A program made the position numbers and the translations under genes. Positions 35,839 to 45,525 of a stretch of DNA of 64,000 nt are shown in pieces; position 1 is the first letter of the stretch, and each line of letters opens with the position of its first letter. Under the pieces are notes generated by a model that saw nothing but the letters and a program-made list of their open reading frames with translations, had not been told where the DNA came from and made no database searches. Location of the stretch: positions 1 through 64,000 of IMG/VR virus record IMGVR_UViG_3300036770_008715, one strand, 5' to 3'. This DNA comes from a virus.

Positions 35839-37553
35839 GCTGCTAGCCTCTTATGTGAGAAGTTGCCTTTCTTTTCAAATCGAATCACGTGTTCAAACTT
35901 ATCTTGAAGTGAATCGCCTTTGTGGGAAATTATGAAAATATTTATATTGTCGAGGCTACTCAGCACTTGCATCAAACACTCAACACCAAACGAATCCAGA
36001 CTGGAATCAAACACTTCATCAAGAATGAGTAAGTTTGTATTGGCACTGTTTTTCATTCGAGCAACATTGCGCCATGTAAACAGCAGAGCAAGATTGATTC
36101 TGGTCTTTTCGCCCTCTGAGAAGTTTTCATAACTAAAGTCATCGCGATTACGGGACTTAATAGTTTCCTTGAACTCTTCGTCCATATGGAAGTTGACAAA
36201 GAAGTCCATTGCAGCCAGATACTTGTTGACCAACTTATTAATAATCGGCAGATACTGTTTAATAATTTTAGCCTTGATGCCGCCATCTTTGAGCAACTGC
36301 GCCGCAGCATCATAATATTGTTTTTCTTCAACTGCTTTCTTGCGCTCTTCAACTATAGTAGTCAACTCGTCAAGCAATTTCTTTGACTGTTCTTTGGATT
36401 GTACGTTGGTATTCTTTTTACTTTCAAGTTCTTCGATCTCTTGTTGCAGAGTTATATTGTACTTCTGCATATGTCGAATCAATGTTTGGTTGCTGTTTAT
36501 TTGTTTTTGCAACTCAATAATACCATCATTGATTTTTTTAATTTGTTCTAGGTTTTCTATTACCTGCCTTTGCTCTTCCCTGAGCGTAGTCAGTCCTTCT
36601 ACGAGATTCTGCATCTTATCCTGACATTCACCAATTATCTGTTTCTTGAACTCAGGCTCAATTTCCTGCTTACAAGAAGGGCACTGATCGTTGTCATTAT
36701 AGAACTCAATTTCTTTCTCAGCCTTCGATATGTTGTTTTCAATCTTAGCCTGATAAGAAGTCAACAGCTTTTGTTTCTTGAGCATTGACTCTTGATGCTG
36801 AATCTCAGACTCCAGCTCTGTTATCTTTGTAGCTTCTTCTTCGTTTGTTGCAATCAACTTTTCTAGTTCTGTTTTGTTTTCTTCAAGTTGTTCTAGTTTC
36901 TTGTCGATGATCTCTTGATTGTTTTTCTTGATGCTCTCAATGTGCGCTTTGTGTAGCTCAATCTTTTCTTTGGTTGACTCAAGTTTGATCTTGAGTTCAT
37001 TCACTTTGTTCTTGAGGCCATTTACCTTTTCTTTGACCACCTGATTCATGTTAGAGAAGATCTGAATATCAAGTAGATCTTCAATTACCTGTCGGCGGTC
37101 GTTGGCTGACAGTTGCATGAATGGAGTAAATGATGCACTACCAAGTATCACAATCTGAGTGAATGACTTGTAGTTCATCTTGATGATACTTTTCTCCAGC
37201 ACTTCCTGATATTCTTTAGCCGAAGAATTCTGATCAAGTAAACTGTCGTCAACATAGATCTCAAAGATATTGGGTTTGATGCCTCGGCGGATGATATACT
37301 TTCTATCTGCAATATCAAAGTAAAGCTCAACAAGACAATCTTTGCCGTTAACTGAGTTCACCAGTTGTGGTTTGTTGATATTGCGATAGGGTTTGCCAAA
37401 CAGAGCAAACGTAATTGCATCTAGAATGGTTGATTTACCTGCGCCGTTTTCACCAAGGATAAGAACATTGCTTTCCTTGTTGAGTTCGACTTCAGTAAAT
37501 ACGTTACCAGTGGATAGTAGATTCTTCCACTTAATAGTCTTGAATGTAATCAT
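35835..37553 (-). CDS. 46: Recombination ATPase gp46 (Rad50/SbcC-like)
   Basis: GENGAGKST, CPSC zinc hook, FSEGEK, ILDEVFDSSLD. Confidence 0.97.
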   Translation of the reverse strand: MITFKTIKWKNLLSTGNVFTEVELNKESNVLILGENGAGKSTILDAITFALFGKPYRNINKPQLVNSVNGKDCLVELYFDIADRKYIIRRGIKPNIFEIYVDDSLLDQNSSAKEYQEVLEKSIIKMNYKSFTQIVILGSASFTPFMQLSANDRRQVIEDLLDIQIFSNMNQVVKEKVNGLKNKVNELKIKLESTKEKIELHKAHIESIKKNNQEIIDKKLEQLEENKTELEKLIATNEEEATKITELESEIQHQESMLKKQKLLTSYQAKIENNISKAEKEIEFYNDNDQCPSCKQEIEPEFKKQIIGECQDKMQNLVEGLTTLREEQRQVIENLEQIKKINDGIIELQKQINSNQTLIRHMQKYNITLQQEIEELESKKNTNVQSKEQSKKLLDELTTIVEERKKAVEEKQYYDAAAQLLKDGGIKAKIIKQYLPIINKLVNKYLAAMDFFVNFHMDEEFKETIKSRNRDDFSYENFSEGEKTRINLALLFTWRNVARMKNSANTNLLILDEVFDSSLDSFGVECLMQVLSSLDNINIFIISHKGDSLQDKFEHVIRFEKKGNFSHKRLAA

Positions 37554-38614
37554 GCTTCGACAGTCAAAGCCTCTGCATATATTTCACGTAGTATACTCTT
37601 TAATTTGGGTTTATTCAAATCAATTTCAACTCCATCAACATATTTGTCAAGGATAGTTAGAGTATCATCTGCCTGATCAATCTCAGACTCATCCTCAAGT
37701 GCTACTTGTTCGCTGAAGTCTTCGACAATAGAAAGATCGGCAGGAGCAGAACGAATCAGATTATCAATGAATGTTTCAAAAACAAACTCATTAGTCTTTT
37801 TGGAAACAATAACTTTGATATACTTTGAAGTGTACTGACTGTAGTCGTGGTTCTTGACTTCATTGTAGAAGAAGTCTTCATCGTTGTAGATGAACTTCTT
37901 GAAGATAGTATGCGGATTCTCAAAGAACTCAAGCTCGCGGGTTTCGGTATCAAAAATATGAAACCCGCGAGGATCATTGTAATCACTCCATGTCATTTCA
38001 TATGGAGTGCCAACATATAGAATATTCCCTTTCTGCGAGCGATGATGAAAATGACCAGTTAGGACAAGCTCATAACGCTTGAGCTCTTCGGCTGATTGTC
38101 CTTCGTGGCATACGTTCCCTCGATCCATTTCAAAGCCAGCCAACTCAAAATGACCAAGACAGAAGCTACTAGTAGAATTTTTAATGTATGCAGCAACGTC
38201 TTCCCGATTCGAATCGCAAATCCAAGGAATAATATCAAAAGCAATCCCACCGAAATGTAAAGTGTTAGGCTCTCTATGTATCCAAACATTACCGTATTCT
38301 CCCAGAACTAGTTCGGTTGAGTTGACATCTAGAGTGTTCTTATAAAACACATCATGATTACCAAGTAATGTGTGGAAAGGAATGTTTCTATGTTTGACAG
38401 GATTGAACAGATATTCCTTAGCCAACTTTAGGCTTTGGAAGTTGATGTACTTCCGTCGATCAAACAAATCACCAAGTTGAACAATATTCCTGACTTCATA
38501 TTTATCAATGATAGGGAAAAACGTTTCCTCATAGAACTTCTTGAACAACTGGTGAAATATTAGGCTGTCGTTCCGAGCGCCTATGTGAGCATCTCCGAGT
38601 ATGGCTATCTTCAA
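37550..38614 (-). CDS. 47: Recombination nuclease gp47 (Mre11/SbcD-like)
   Basis: GDAHIG, LGDLFD, GNHD, GHFH phosphoesterase motifs. Confidence 0.97.
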   Translation of the reverse strand: MKIAILGDAHIGARNDSLIFHQLFKKFYEETFFPIIDKYEVRNIVQLGDLFDRRKYINFQSLKLAKEYLFNPVKHRNIPFHTLLGNHDVFYKNTLDVNSTELVLGEYGNVWIHREPNTLHFGGIAFDIIPWICDSNREDVAAYIKNSTSSFCLGHFELAGFEMDRGNVCHEGQSAEELKRYELVLTGHFHHRSQKGNILYVGTPYEMTWSDYNDPRGFHIFDTETRELEFFENPHTIFKKFIYNDEDFFYNEVKNHDYSQYTSKYIKVIVSKKTNEFVFETFIDNLIRSAPADLSIVEDFSEQVALEDESEIDQADDTLTILDKYVDGVEIDLNKPKLKSILREIYAEALTVEA

Positions 38615-38829
38615 GCAGCTTCCCTCTTAATTTCCCAAGCCCAGTTTACCGCGCACCAATCAACAATGCATCGATCTTTCGAAAGTTTAGCAATGTTCTC
38701 TCCACGTTTAATCATTCGCATACACCAATCATCCCAATACTCTTTAATAATTTCTTCCTCGCTCAGAGTTACTTCTACAGATTGGCCAAACGCATCATCA
38801 GCTGGTATGATATACCTATAATACCTCAT
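38611..38829 (-). CDS. Hypothetical protein
   Basis: EEEII.EYW..WC..M...CI.DW..VNWAWE; coupled start/stop overlaps. Confidence 0.7.
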   Translation of the reverse strand: MRYYRYIIPADDAFGQSVEVTLSEEEIIKEYWDDWCMRMIKRGENIAKLSKDRCIVDWCAVNWAWEIKREAA

Positions 38830-39332
38830 TCTGATTCCCCTTTCAACTTTTTTGTTTTGACAGAAGTTTCATAGTTCTCAATAAACGCTGAAATATTATC
38901 ATACAGTTCAAACTGTCTGTTAACACCATCAGCATCTAGTTGATTGAATTCATCAATAACACCAGACATCTCTGCTGACTTGTACTTGACATAGAGTTGT
39001 TTCTTCTCGCGTTGTATCCGCCTCAAGAATGCATAATATACTATTTGAGTGAAATAAGCAAATGGATTACTGGATTTTGTTGGGTCGAAGTTGTCAGCAT
39101 AGAGCACACAGTTTTCAATAGCATCGGAAATCATTTCATCACGAAAAGTATAAGAGATAAAGTTGGGCTTATGTGATAGGTTCTCAGCTATCATCATGAA
39201 ACACTTCCCAACATACTCAGGAATCCGAGGCTTCTGTTTGTTGGCTTCTTTAGCTTCCTTGATCTTATCCTTGTATGCAATCATTTCTTTCAGGAACATT
39301 GAATTGTCAATATAATGCGTTCTTTTCTTCAT
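38826..39332 (-). CDS. 55: Late-transcription sigma factor gp55
   Basis: HYIDN..FL, NFISYTFRDEMISDAIEN, NPFAYFTQI.YYAFLRRI. Confidence 0.96.
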   Translation of the reverse strand: MKKRTHYIDNSMFLKEMIAYKDKIKEAKEANKQKPRIPEYVGKCFMMIAENLSHKPNFISYTFRDEMISDAIENCVLYADNFDPTKSSNPFAYFTQIVYYAFLRRIQREKKQLYVKYKSAEMSGVIDEFNQLDADGVNRQFELYDNISAFIENYETSVKTKKLKGESE

Positions 39333-39385
39333 AAATATTTGCCTTTTTTCAAAAAGATAGTATAATCACTGTGTGGTCTTTTAAG

Positions 39386-39778
39386 TTAATGTTTCTTTAT
39401 ACTCTTCCAGACATCTTCGAAAGACACTACGGTTTTATCCGCATTTTCCTGCAGTACCTTCTTCTTCATGTCTTCATCAGGAATAATGGAGAAGAAGATC
39501 TCAGAAACCTCAATGTAGTTATCAAGAAAGTTCTTTTGTACTTCTAGAACAAATAGAACATCTTTCATTGAAACTGTCAAATAATCAAACTTAGCAATCA
39601 AGGGTGGTACCCATTCCTTGATATGTAAGATCTGCTGTTCTTCATAGTCACCAACATTATCGTGTTGTATTTGAATAGGTCTTGCCAAATACATGAAGTC
39701 ATCATGCATTTCAGTGTGGGCAACAATATTCTCTCCATTTCGCAGTTTGATAAAGCGAACTGTATCTGGTGTTAGCAT
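39386..39778 (-). CDS. Conserved hypothetical protein (between uvsW and 55)
   Basis: FIKLRNGENIVA...RPI...WVP; synteny. Confidence 0.7.
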   Translation of the reverse strand: MLTPDTVRFIKLRNGENIVAHTEMHDDFMYLARPIQIQHDNVGDYEEQQILHIKEWVPPLIAKFDYLTVSMKDVLFVLEVQKNFLDNYIEVSEIFFSIIPDEDMKKKVLQENADKTVVSFEDVWKSIKKH

Positions 39779-41229
39779 TATTGGATCTCCACTTTCTTTG
39801 TGCTGATTGGGAACTTTTCTTCGTTGTACATTTTAATACGTTCCTCAAAGTGTTTCAATGCAAAGTTCACATTACTTTTATATCGCAAATCATCTGCTAT
39901 ATCGTAGAGCACTGCTTGCTCTTTATCATCACCTAAACGTAAACCTCGACCAATAGACTGAAGGCTTCTAATTCTGCTCTTCGTTGGTGACGCGAAGATA
40001 ATATTATGGAGGTTCCTTATATTTATTCCAGTAGAAAAGGTGCCATACGAAGCTATGATAATTGCATCTTTTTCTTTCTCAGTAATATGACGGATCTCTT
40101 CTCTATCCATCACATCAGTTGATCCGCATACAAAAAATATTTTTCTGTTGTAGTTCTTTTGTTTGAACAGTTCGTGTAATACTTTACCATGCTTTTCAAC
40201 ATAGGTGTAGAGGATTAGAGTGTTGCCTTCAAGACTAGCAGCCAGTCCACGAATAAATTTATTACGCTCTTCATTTGATACAAGGAAATCCATCTCTTCT
40301 GGATAAGTCATACCGCGAACATGTTTGCAAACAGCTTCAGGATACTTGAGTATCATACACTTGATTGCAAAGTTTGCTAGGTGTTTCTGTTCAATCAGTT
40401 CTTTGGTTGTGACAATCTTTTTTACTGGACCAAACAATCCTTCAAGAACTAGTTTGTTTACTTTAGTGCCATCAAGTGTACCTGTTGTACCAATACGATA
40501 GTCGCAGTTAATCAGTTTGGTCATAATATCAGTAAGTGACTTGGCCTTGAATGTATGAGCTTCATCGCCGATCACATAATCAAACTTCGAAAAATATTTT
40601 TTTGGCATATCGTAGATTGATTGCCAAGTTGAAATGATTACAGGAGCAAGTGGTTCTTTCTCTCGCCCCTGATAAATTTTCTGGCAGTAGTTTTCTGCAT
40701 CCCAACCATAGGATTTAAAGTCGCCATACATCTGCTCAACAAGTGATACAGTTGGCACAATCAACAGACCTTGCTTTTTACCAAGAGCCATGAGCTTACG
40801 GATGATCAGATAGATGATAAGAGATTTGCCTGATGCAGTTGGTGAAATAATTACTGCTCTTTTCTTTGTTGCTGAGTAGCCAAAGGCAGTTAGCTGATAA
40901 TCTCTTGGCGCAAAAGGCAGACCGAGTGTATCAACAAAAGAAAGATCTATTGGAGTTTTGCCGAAGTAATTGGTGTTATCTTCAACAGGATACTCATTGA
41001 TATTACAGAACTCGATGATGTATGGGACTAGACCAGCATATATTTTTCTAAACCTATAATTAAAAAGTTTGATAGTACCATCCCAGTGTTTATTTCTATA
41101 TGCAGGAGAAAATTTTGCATTTGGTACTTGAAATGTAAAAAATTGATTTAATTCCATTGCAATAGAATCTTCACAATCTACATGACAATAGATATTGTCT
41201 ATTTTATTTATTTGTATCTGTATTTCCAT
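39778..41229 (-). CDS. uvsW: DNA helicase UvsW
   Basis: PRDYQ, SPTASGKS, GDEAH, LQSIGRGLR. Confidence 0.96.
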   Translation of the reverse strand: MEIQIQINKIDNIYCHVDCEDSIAMELNQFFTFQVPNAKFSPAYRNKHWDGTIKLFNYRFRKIYAGLVPYIIEFCNINEYPVEDNTNYFGKTPIDLSFVDTLGLPFAPRDYQLTAFGYSATKKRAVIISPTASGKSLIIYLIIRKLMALGKKQGLLIVPTVSLVEQMYGDFKSYGWDAENYCQKIYQGREKEPLAPVIISTWQSIYDMPKKYFSKFDYVIGDEAHTFKAKSLTDIMTKLINCDYRIGTTGTLDGTKVNKLVLEGLFGPVKKIVTTKELIEQKHLANFAIKCMILKYPEAVCKHVRGMTYPEEMDFLVSNEERNKFIRGLAASLEGNTLILYTYVEKHGKVLHELFKQKNYNRKIFFVCGSTDVMDREEIRHITEKEKDAIIIASYGTFSTGINIRNLHNIIFASPTKSRIRSLQSIGRGLRLGDDKEQAVLYDIADDLRYKSNVNFALKHFEERIKMYNEEKFPISTKKVEIQ

Positions 41230-41702
41230 GGTTGTACTTTTTTCATCCTTATAGACCTTTTCTCACTATCTGCTAATGCTGCGGCTTTCATTTTTTCTCT
41301 AACTTCTGGCCTTTTTGCAGGGTTTTTGTCTCCTAGAGTTCCGCATTTTGAATGATCTCTGTTGAATCTTCCTTCATCCCACGCTTTTTTTATCTGTTCT
41401 CCACATTTTTTCCTATCGACTCTAGAAGAAAATTCTCGCTGTTTCTTTGCATCTTTAAATACGCAGTTGGACCTTCCTCTTTTCCATCCTTCTGGTATCG
41501 TCTCAAAATTAAAAATATAATTGTCGACAGTCCCATTAGTTATCCATATTTTACCACTAGTGGTCGATCCGCCCAATGAGGTTTTCTTTGAGTCTTCTGG
41601 TATCTTATCCAGTTCCTGATCGCTGAGTGAAGGCATTTCTTCGAAAGGTATTTCTAGAATTTCGCAAAGGTTTTGCGAAAAGTTGTATGTATAAATAGAC
41701 AT
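41208..41702 (-). CDS. Homing-endonuclease-associated DNA-binding (NUMOD-type) protein with no visible catalytic domain
   Basis: WITNG...IPEGWKRGR and GDKNPAKRPEVREKM motifs. Start ATG 41702 with SD AAGGAG. Inserted between uvsY and uvsW. Confidence 0.65.
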   Translation of the reverse strand: MSIYTYNFSQNLCEILEIPFEEMPSLSDQELDKIPEDSKKTSLGGSTTSGKIWITNGTVDNYIFNFETIPEGWKRGRSNCVFKDAKKQREFSSRVDRKKCGEQIKKAWDEGRFNRDHSKCGTLGDKNPAKRPEVREKMKAAALADSEKRSIRMKKVQPWKYRYK

Positions 41703-41769
41703 GCTGGCACTCCTTACAGTGTTAGAGTCCCTGGGAATTGCAGTTCCGCGAGGGACATCTCTATTTATA
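41690..41769 (-). promoter_or_regulatory. Late promoter within a start-codon-sequestering RNA structure
   Basis: TATAAATAGA(G)ATG ... CAT(G)TCTATTTATA inverted repeat enclosing a GTCCCT/AGGGAC stem and the SD. Confidence 0.75.
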
Positions 41770-41775
41770 AAATAT

Positions 41776-42240
41776 TTAATGCTGACCATGTATAAACTTT
41801 TCCCAAGACATATATTCTTTTAATTGCCATGTTCGATTGTTCAATTCTTTCATCACATTTACACAAAATGCAGCTGCTTCTTCGTGGTAACTTTTCTTAG
41901 CCTGGAGCCTAGTCAAATCATCATCACCTTCAAGATGCATTGCTAGATCTTGCTTGAGTACAAACGGAAACTGTTCCCAGCCATACTTATCAAGTTCTTC
42001 CTGAGAAAGTTTTCCATTGTAATACATCCACTTCAGTTTTCTTAGTTTGTTGTACTCAATAGCAATTTTCTTAGCAGCAAGATTGTGGGCTGAAAGAAAC
42101 TTATTGTATTTGTTGTGGAGAATAGGAATACGAATGATTTCTTTTCCAGGTTCAGTGGAATCGACATTTGAGTCTTTGGTCCACTCACTCATAATTTGTT
42201 CGATTGCTACAGCTTCAAGTTTCATAGTCAAAACATCCAT
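41776..42240 (-). CDS. uvsY: Recombination mediator UvsY
   Basis: W.KDS..D, IPILHNKY, YY.GK, NNRTWQLK...W.KF. Confidence 0.92.
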   Translation of the reverse strand: MDVLTMKLEAVAIEQIMSEWTKDSNVDSTEPGKEIIRIPILHNKYNKFLSAHNLAAKKIAIEYNKLRKLKWMYYNGKLSQEELDKYGWEQFPFVLKQDLAMHLEGDDDLTRLQAKKSYHEEAAAFCVNVMKELNNRTWQLKEYMSWEKFIHGQH

Positions 42241-42255
42241 CTTGAATTTATCCCA

Positions 42256-42284
42256 AGTATACTATAAATTATATTTTATGTCAA
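42256..42284 (-). promoter_or_regulatory. Sigma70 promoter for uvsY
   Basis: TTGACA-N17-TATACT. Confidence 0.85.
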
Positions 42285-42285
42285 G

Positions 42286-42831
42286 TCAAACTCTTTCGAT
42301 GTCGTAATAGGAGAACCTGAACGTAGCATCTGATGTAGTGATGACATCAGCTGTATCACCTGTATTGAACAGAATAGATCCAACAGATGTGGGAAATACA
42401 TCTTTAAATTTCACTCTGAAGTTTACATTATTTTTATTTGTATACACTGTAAGTGTAGCATCAGTATATTGAGGAGGAAGTCTGTTTGCTCCTCTGTATG
42501 CTGCAGTTGATGATAGCCTCTCCAGTTCACGATACTCTTTAAAGTCAGTTGGGAAACACATTGCCCGAATCCAGTCATGGAGTGATTGCCAGCCTCTAAG
42601 ATTTTCATCTACAACAAACGTGACATTAAACGTATCATACATCATCTTTTCGCCTGGAACATACAAATCAATGAATGGAGTATTGCGCGGAACTTCAGAA
42701 AGAGATACGCCAGGCAAGTTAGCAGTCTGACAGAAAAACGTAATGTTCTCAAGTCTAGTGAAATTGAGTCTGAACTTAGTTGTTTGTAGAATATCTTTGT
42801 TGAGAGGATTTCTTACTGCAACGTTAGCCAT
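42286..42831 (-). CDS. 3: Tail completion/sheath stabiliser gp3
   Basis: FFCQTANLPG, PGEK..YD, F.VDE, SDATFRFSYY. Confidence 0.88.
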   Translation of the reverse strand: MANVAVRNPLNKDILQTTKFRLNFTRLENITFFCQTANLPGVSLSEVPRNTPFIDLYVPGEKMMYDTFNVTFVVDENLRGWQSLHDWIRAMCFPTDFKEYRELERLSSTAAYRGANRLPPQYTDATLTVYTNKNNVNFRVKFKDVFPTSVGSILFNTGDTADVITTSDATFRFSYYDIERV

Positions 42832-42855
42832 TATAGTTTCTCGAGGAATATAAAG

Positions 42856-42863
42856 TATTTATA
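42856..42863 (-). promoter_or_regulatory. Late promoter TATAAATA
   Basis: Exact match upstream of gene 3. Confidence 0.8.
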
Positions 42864-42864
42864 G

Positions 42865-42891
42865 AAAAGAAAAGGGGGACCGAAGTCCCCC
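42865..42891 (-). terminator. Rho-independent terminator after gene 23
   Basis: GGGGGAC-TTCG-GTCCCCC then a U-tract. Preceded by a second hairpin at about 42893-42924. Confidence 0.9.
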
Positions 42892-42925
42892 AAAAATCGC
42901 TGTTATTGTTATAGTAGCGATTTTA

Positions 42926-44272
42926 TTAACCCGTAAGGTTAAGTACACGGAATCGACGATAGTAGAGGTTGCTATTGTTAGCAAGCGCACCATCACCTGC
43001 CGAAGTAGCGAAAGGATTCGCAACGAGACCATAACGGGTCTTGAAGCCAATCTTAGGCTGGAAGGTGTTTGGATTGATTGCACGTACCATCTGGAGAGGT
43101 ACGTATGGGCAATAGAACATACCAGCGTCATAAGGAGTTGTTCCCTTATAACCGACAACAACGAAGTCCTGAGCCTGTACGGAGTATGGATCAACATACA
43201 CCTTGATTCGACCGAAGAGCGTACCAGCGAAGGTATTGCCCGTGTCGTCAACAGTCAGGTTCGTGCTATTGGTGAGGCCGCTGTTGTAGTCAAGAAGGCC
43301 AGTCATTGCGAGAGCGGATGCTACGTCTGTGGAGACGATAAGCATGTTGCCCTTGCCACGACGGGTATCTTTAGCGATCTGGTTGCTTGCGCGCTCGATC
43401 GCGAACAGAAGTCCCTTGAAACGCTCAACAGCCCAACGGCCAGTTGTATCAGCACTGTTCGTCAGGTTGAAGATAGCAGATGTTGCGGTATTGTTGAGAT
43501 AACCAACTTTAGCAGTTGCGTAGATCTTACGAACAACTTCGCGGTTGATTTCAGCAAGGATTTCCGTTGACAGGATATTGCTGAGTTCTGCTTCGGCGTC
43601 GAGGCCATGGATAGCCTTGAGGTCCTGGGCGAGTTCAAGCGTATATTCTGCCTTCAGAGCGCGGGTTCCTGCAACAACCGATACGCGATCGATCGTGAAG
43701 CCCATTTCACCGAATGCCGTACCACCACCGAGATCTTCAGCAGTGATTGTGGCAATGCTGCTACCCGTGTTACCAAGTTCGAATTGCTGAGTGATTGCTG
43801 GTTGTGAGTTAGCAGTACCGCCAAATGGCGTGTTGTTGTCATGGGTGCCTGATCCAGCGAAGTCGGTGTCGGCTTCGTTGAACAGAGCTTCACCAGTGAC
43901 AGCAGTTGTATTGGCATACTGTGAACGCATTGCGAAGATAAGGCCAGTTGGACCCGTCATTGGCTGAACGCCGCAGATGTCATATGCCATCAGGTTGGGC
44001 ATTGCACGACGGACGAGACCGATGAGGATAGGATCGAAGCCTTTTACGTTGCCTTCTGAACCTTGAATTGGTGACATACCACCAGCAACAGCGTTGACTG
44101 GGGATGCTTCCCAAAGGTTATTCATTGCCATTGCTTCTTCGCGAAGGGCACGCTCTTGGTTCTCCAGAACGAGGGCAGTTACGGCACGACGATAGGGGTC
44201 GGCAATTTTGCTGAGTTCTGGGTGATCAAGAACGGGAGCCCACTTCTTTGTGTGAGTTTCTGATAGATACAT
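42926..44272 (-). CDS. 23: Major capsid protein gp23
   Basis: GVQPMTGPTGLIFAMR, RALKAEYTLELAQDLKAIHGLDAE, FQPKIGFKTRYG. Confidence 0.98.
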   Translation of the reverse strand: MYLSETHTKKWAPVLDHPELSKIADPYRRAVTALVLENQERALREEAMAMNNLWEASPVNAVAGGMSPIQGSEGNVKGFDPILIGLVRRAMPNLMAYDICGVQPMTGPTGLIFAMRSQYANTTAVTGEALFNEADTDFAGSGTHDNNTPFGGTANSQPAITQQFELGNTGSSIATITAEDLGGGTAFGEMGFTIDRVSVVAGTRALKAEYTLELAQDLKAIHGLDAEAELSNILSTEILAEINREVVRKIYATAKVGYLNNTATSAIFNLTNSADTTGRWAVERFKGLLFAIERASNQIAKDTRRGKGNMLIVSTDVASALAMTGLLDYNSGLTNSTNLTVDDTGNTFAGTLFGRIKVYVDPYSVQAQDFVVVGYKGTTPYDAGMFYCPYVPLQMVRAINPNTFQPKIGFKTRYGLVANPFATSAGDGALANNSNLYYRRFRVLNLTG

Positions 44273-44299
44273 GGTTAGTTCTCCGTAGTTCTAGTTGCT

Positions 44300-45487
44300 T
44301 CACTTAGGAAGCGTTTTGGTTATAGCTTTAACATAATAATCCATTGCACCGCTAACCTCCTGGTCATCAACCGTTTCAACCGCAGTGACAGGAGCTTCGC
44401 TTCTGGCAGCTTTGGTTGGGAAGTAGCTCTCGCGAATCACTGCGAGCTTCTCCGTATACTCACCCTCTGTGGTGAACTCAACGCCCTCTGCGAGCGACTT
44501 TATCTTCTGAACCTGCATTTCTGTGAGTCCTTCACAGGTGCGGCGAAGAATTTCGACAGACTTAGACTCATTGAGTTGCTTTTCGAGTTGCTCCATCTGG
44601 CCAAGAGCTTCTTCAAGCAGCCCTTCAGCTTCGACGACTCGACCAGCCATTTCTTCAACGAGGTCAGCCTTTTCTTCGGGAACTTCGATATAATGTTCCA
44701 CGAAGAGATTCTTGAGACCATTGATGAAGTCTTCGGCAATTTCAGCGCGAAGGCCAGTTTCAATGGCTACTTGGTTTTCTTTCATCCACTGCTCAACAAC
44801 ATAGTTGAGATACTCATCAACTTGCTCGGAGAGTTGAGCCTGGATAGCTTCGATTTCAGAAGCAACTTCTTTCTCATTCTCTTCGGCGATTTGATGGACG
44901 ATTGTTTCTACGCGTGCACGAACAGCTGCTTCGAAGATCGTGGTCGCCTTGGTGCGGAACTCTTCGGAGAGTGACTCGCCATTGAAGAGTGCATCAACGT
45001 CTTCTTTGCAAGAACCCATGCTGGAATCAACCATGCCTTTCATCTTAGCCTTACGCGCTTCGATGATTTCTTCTTCGGTCAGTTCGGGGAGTTGCTCGAC
45101 TTCTTCTTGCTCAGCGACAACTTCTTGCGCTTCTTCTGATTCAAGCTCAGCGAAAAACTGCTCGCGCTCTTCGTCAGTTAGGCTCTCAAGGAACTGCTCA
45201 ACTTCTTCTTCGGTGAGCTCTTGCTCTTCCTCAATAACTTCTTCCGTTGACTCAACTTCGTCTTCGGCGAGCTTTTTCATTGGCTCAGAAGTAGCGCCTT
45301 CTTTGCCAGGCTTAGGTGCTTCTTTCTGCTTGCCAGCAGCTGTAACGCCAATAGCAGTTGGCTCGGTTGTTGGCGTTTGTCCGCCAAGTTCTTCGGCGTC
45401 GCCTGGACCCTTTTGCATTGGATCCTTTGCTTTGCCGAGTGTTTGGCTAAGGATTTCAGCGGCAGATTCTGTGAGAGACTTGCTCAT
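44300..45487 (-). CDS. 22: Prohead core scaffold gp22
   Basis: Acidic coiled coil; LSEEF..KATTIFEAAV, YLNYVVEQW..EN. Confidence 0.93.
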   Translation of the reverse strand: MSKSLTESAAEILSQTLGKAKDPMQKGPGDAEELGGQTPTTEPTAIGVTAAGKQKEAPKPGKEGATSEPMKKLAEDEVESTEEVIEEEQELTEEEVEQFLESLTDEEREQFFAELESEEAQEVVAEQEEVEQLPELTEEEIIEARKAKMKGMVDSSMGSCKEDVDALFNGESLSEEFRTKATTIFEAAVRARVETIVHQIAEENEKEVASEIEAIQAQLSEQVDEYLNYVVEQWMKENQVAIETGLRAEIAEDFINGLKNLFVEHYIEVPEEKADLVEEMAGRVVEAEGLLEEALGQMEQLEKQLNESKSVEILRRTCEGLTEMQVQKIKSLAEGVEFTTEGEYTEKLAVIRESYFPTKAARSEAPVTAVETVDDQEVSGAMDYYVKAITKTLPK

Positions 45488-45513
45488 TTGTAAACTCCTA
45501 TAAGAGATTAATT

Positions 45514-45521
45514 TATTTATA
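45514..45521 (-). promoter_or_regulatory. Late promoter TATAAATA
   Basis: Exact match upstream of gene 22. Confidence 0.8.
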
Positions 45522-45525
45522 ATAA

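Noticed and set aside
41703-41789. N-terminal extension of the NUMOD ORF as given in the track (start 41789)
   Set aside because: This stretch is the late promoter and structured leader; the SD AAGGAG supports ATG 41702.
42859-43251. Alternate-frame 130-aa ORF over the 3' end of gene 23
   Set aside because: It overlaps the capsid gene and runs through its terminator hairpin, with no motifs.
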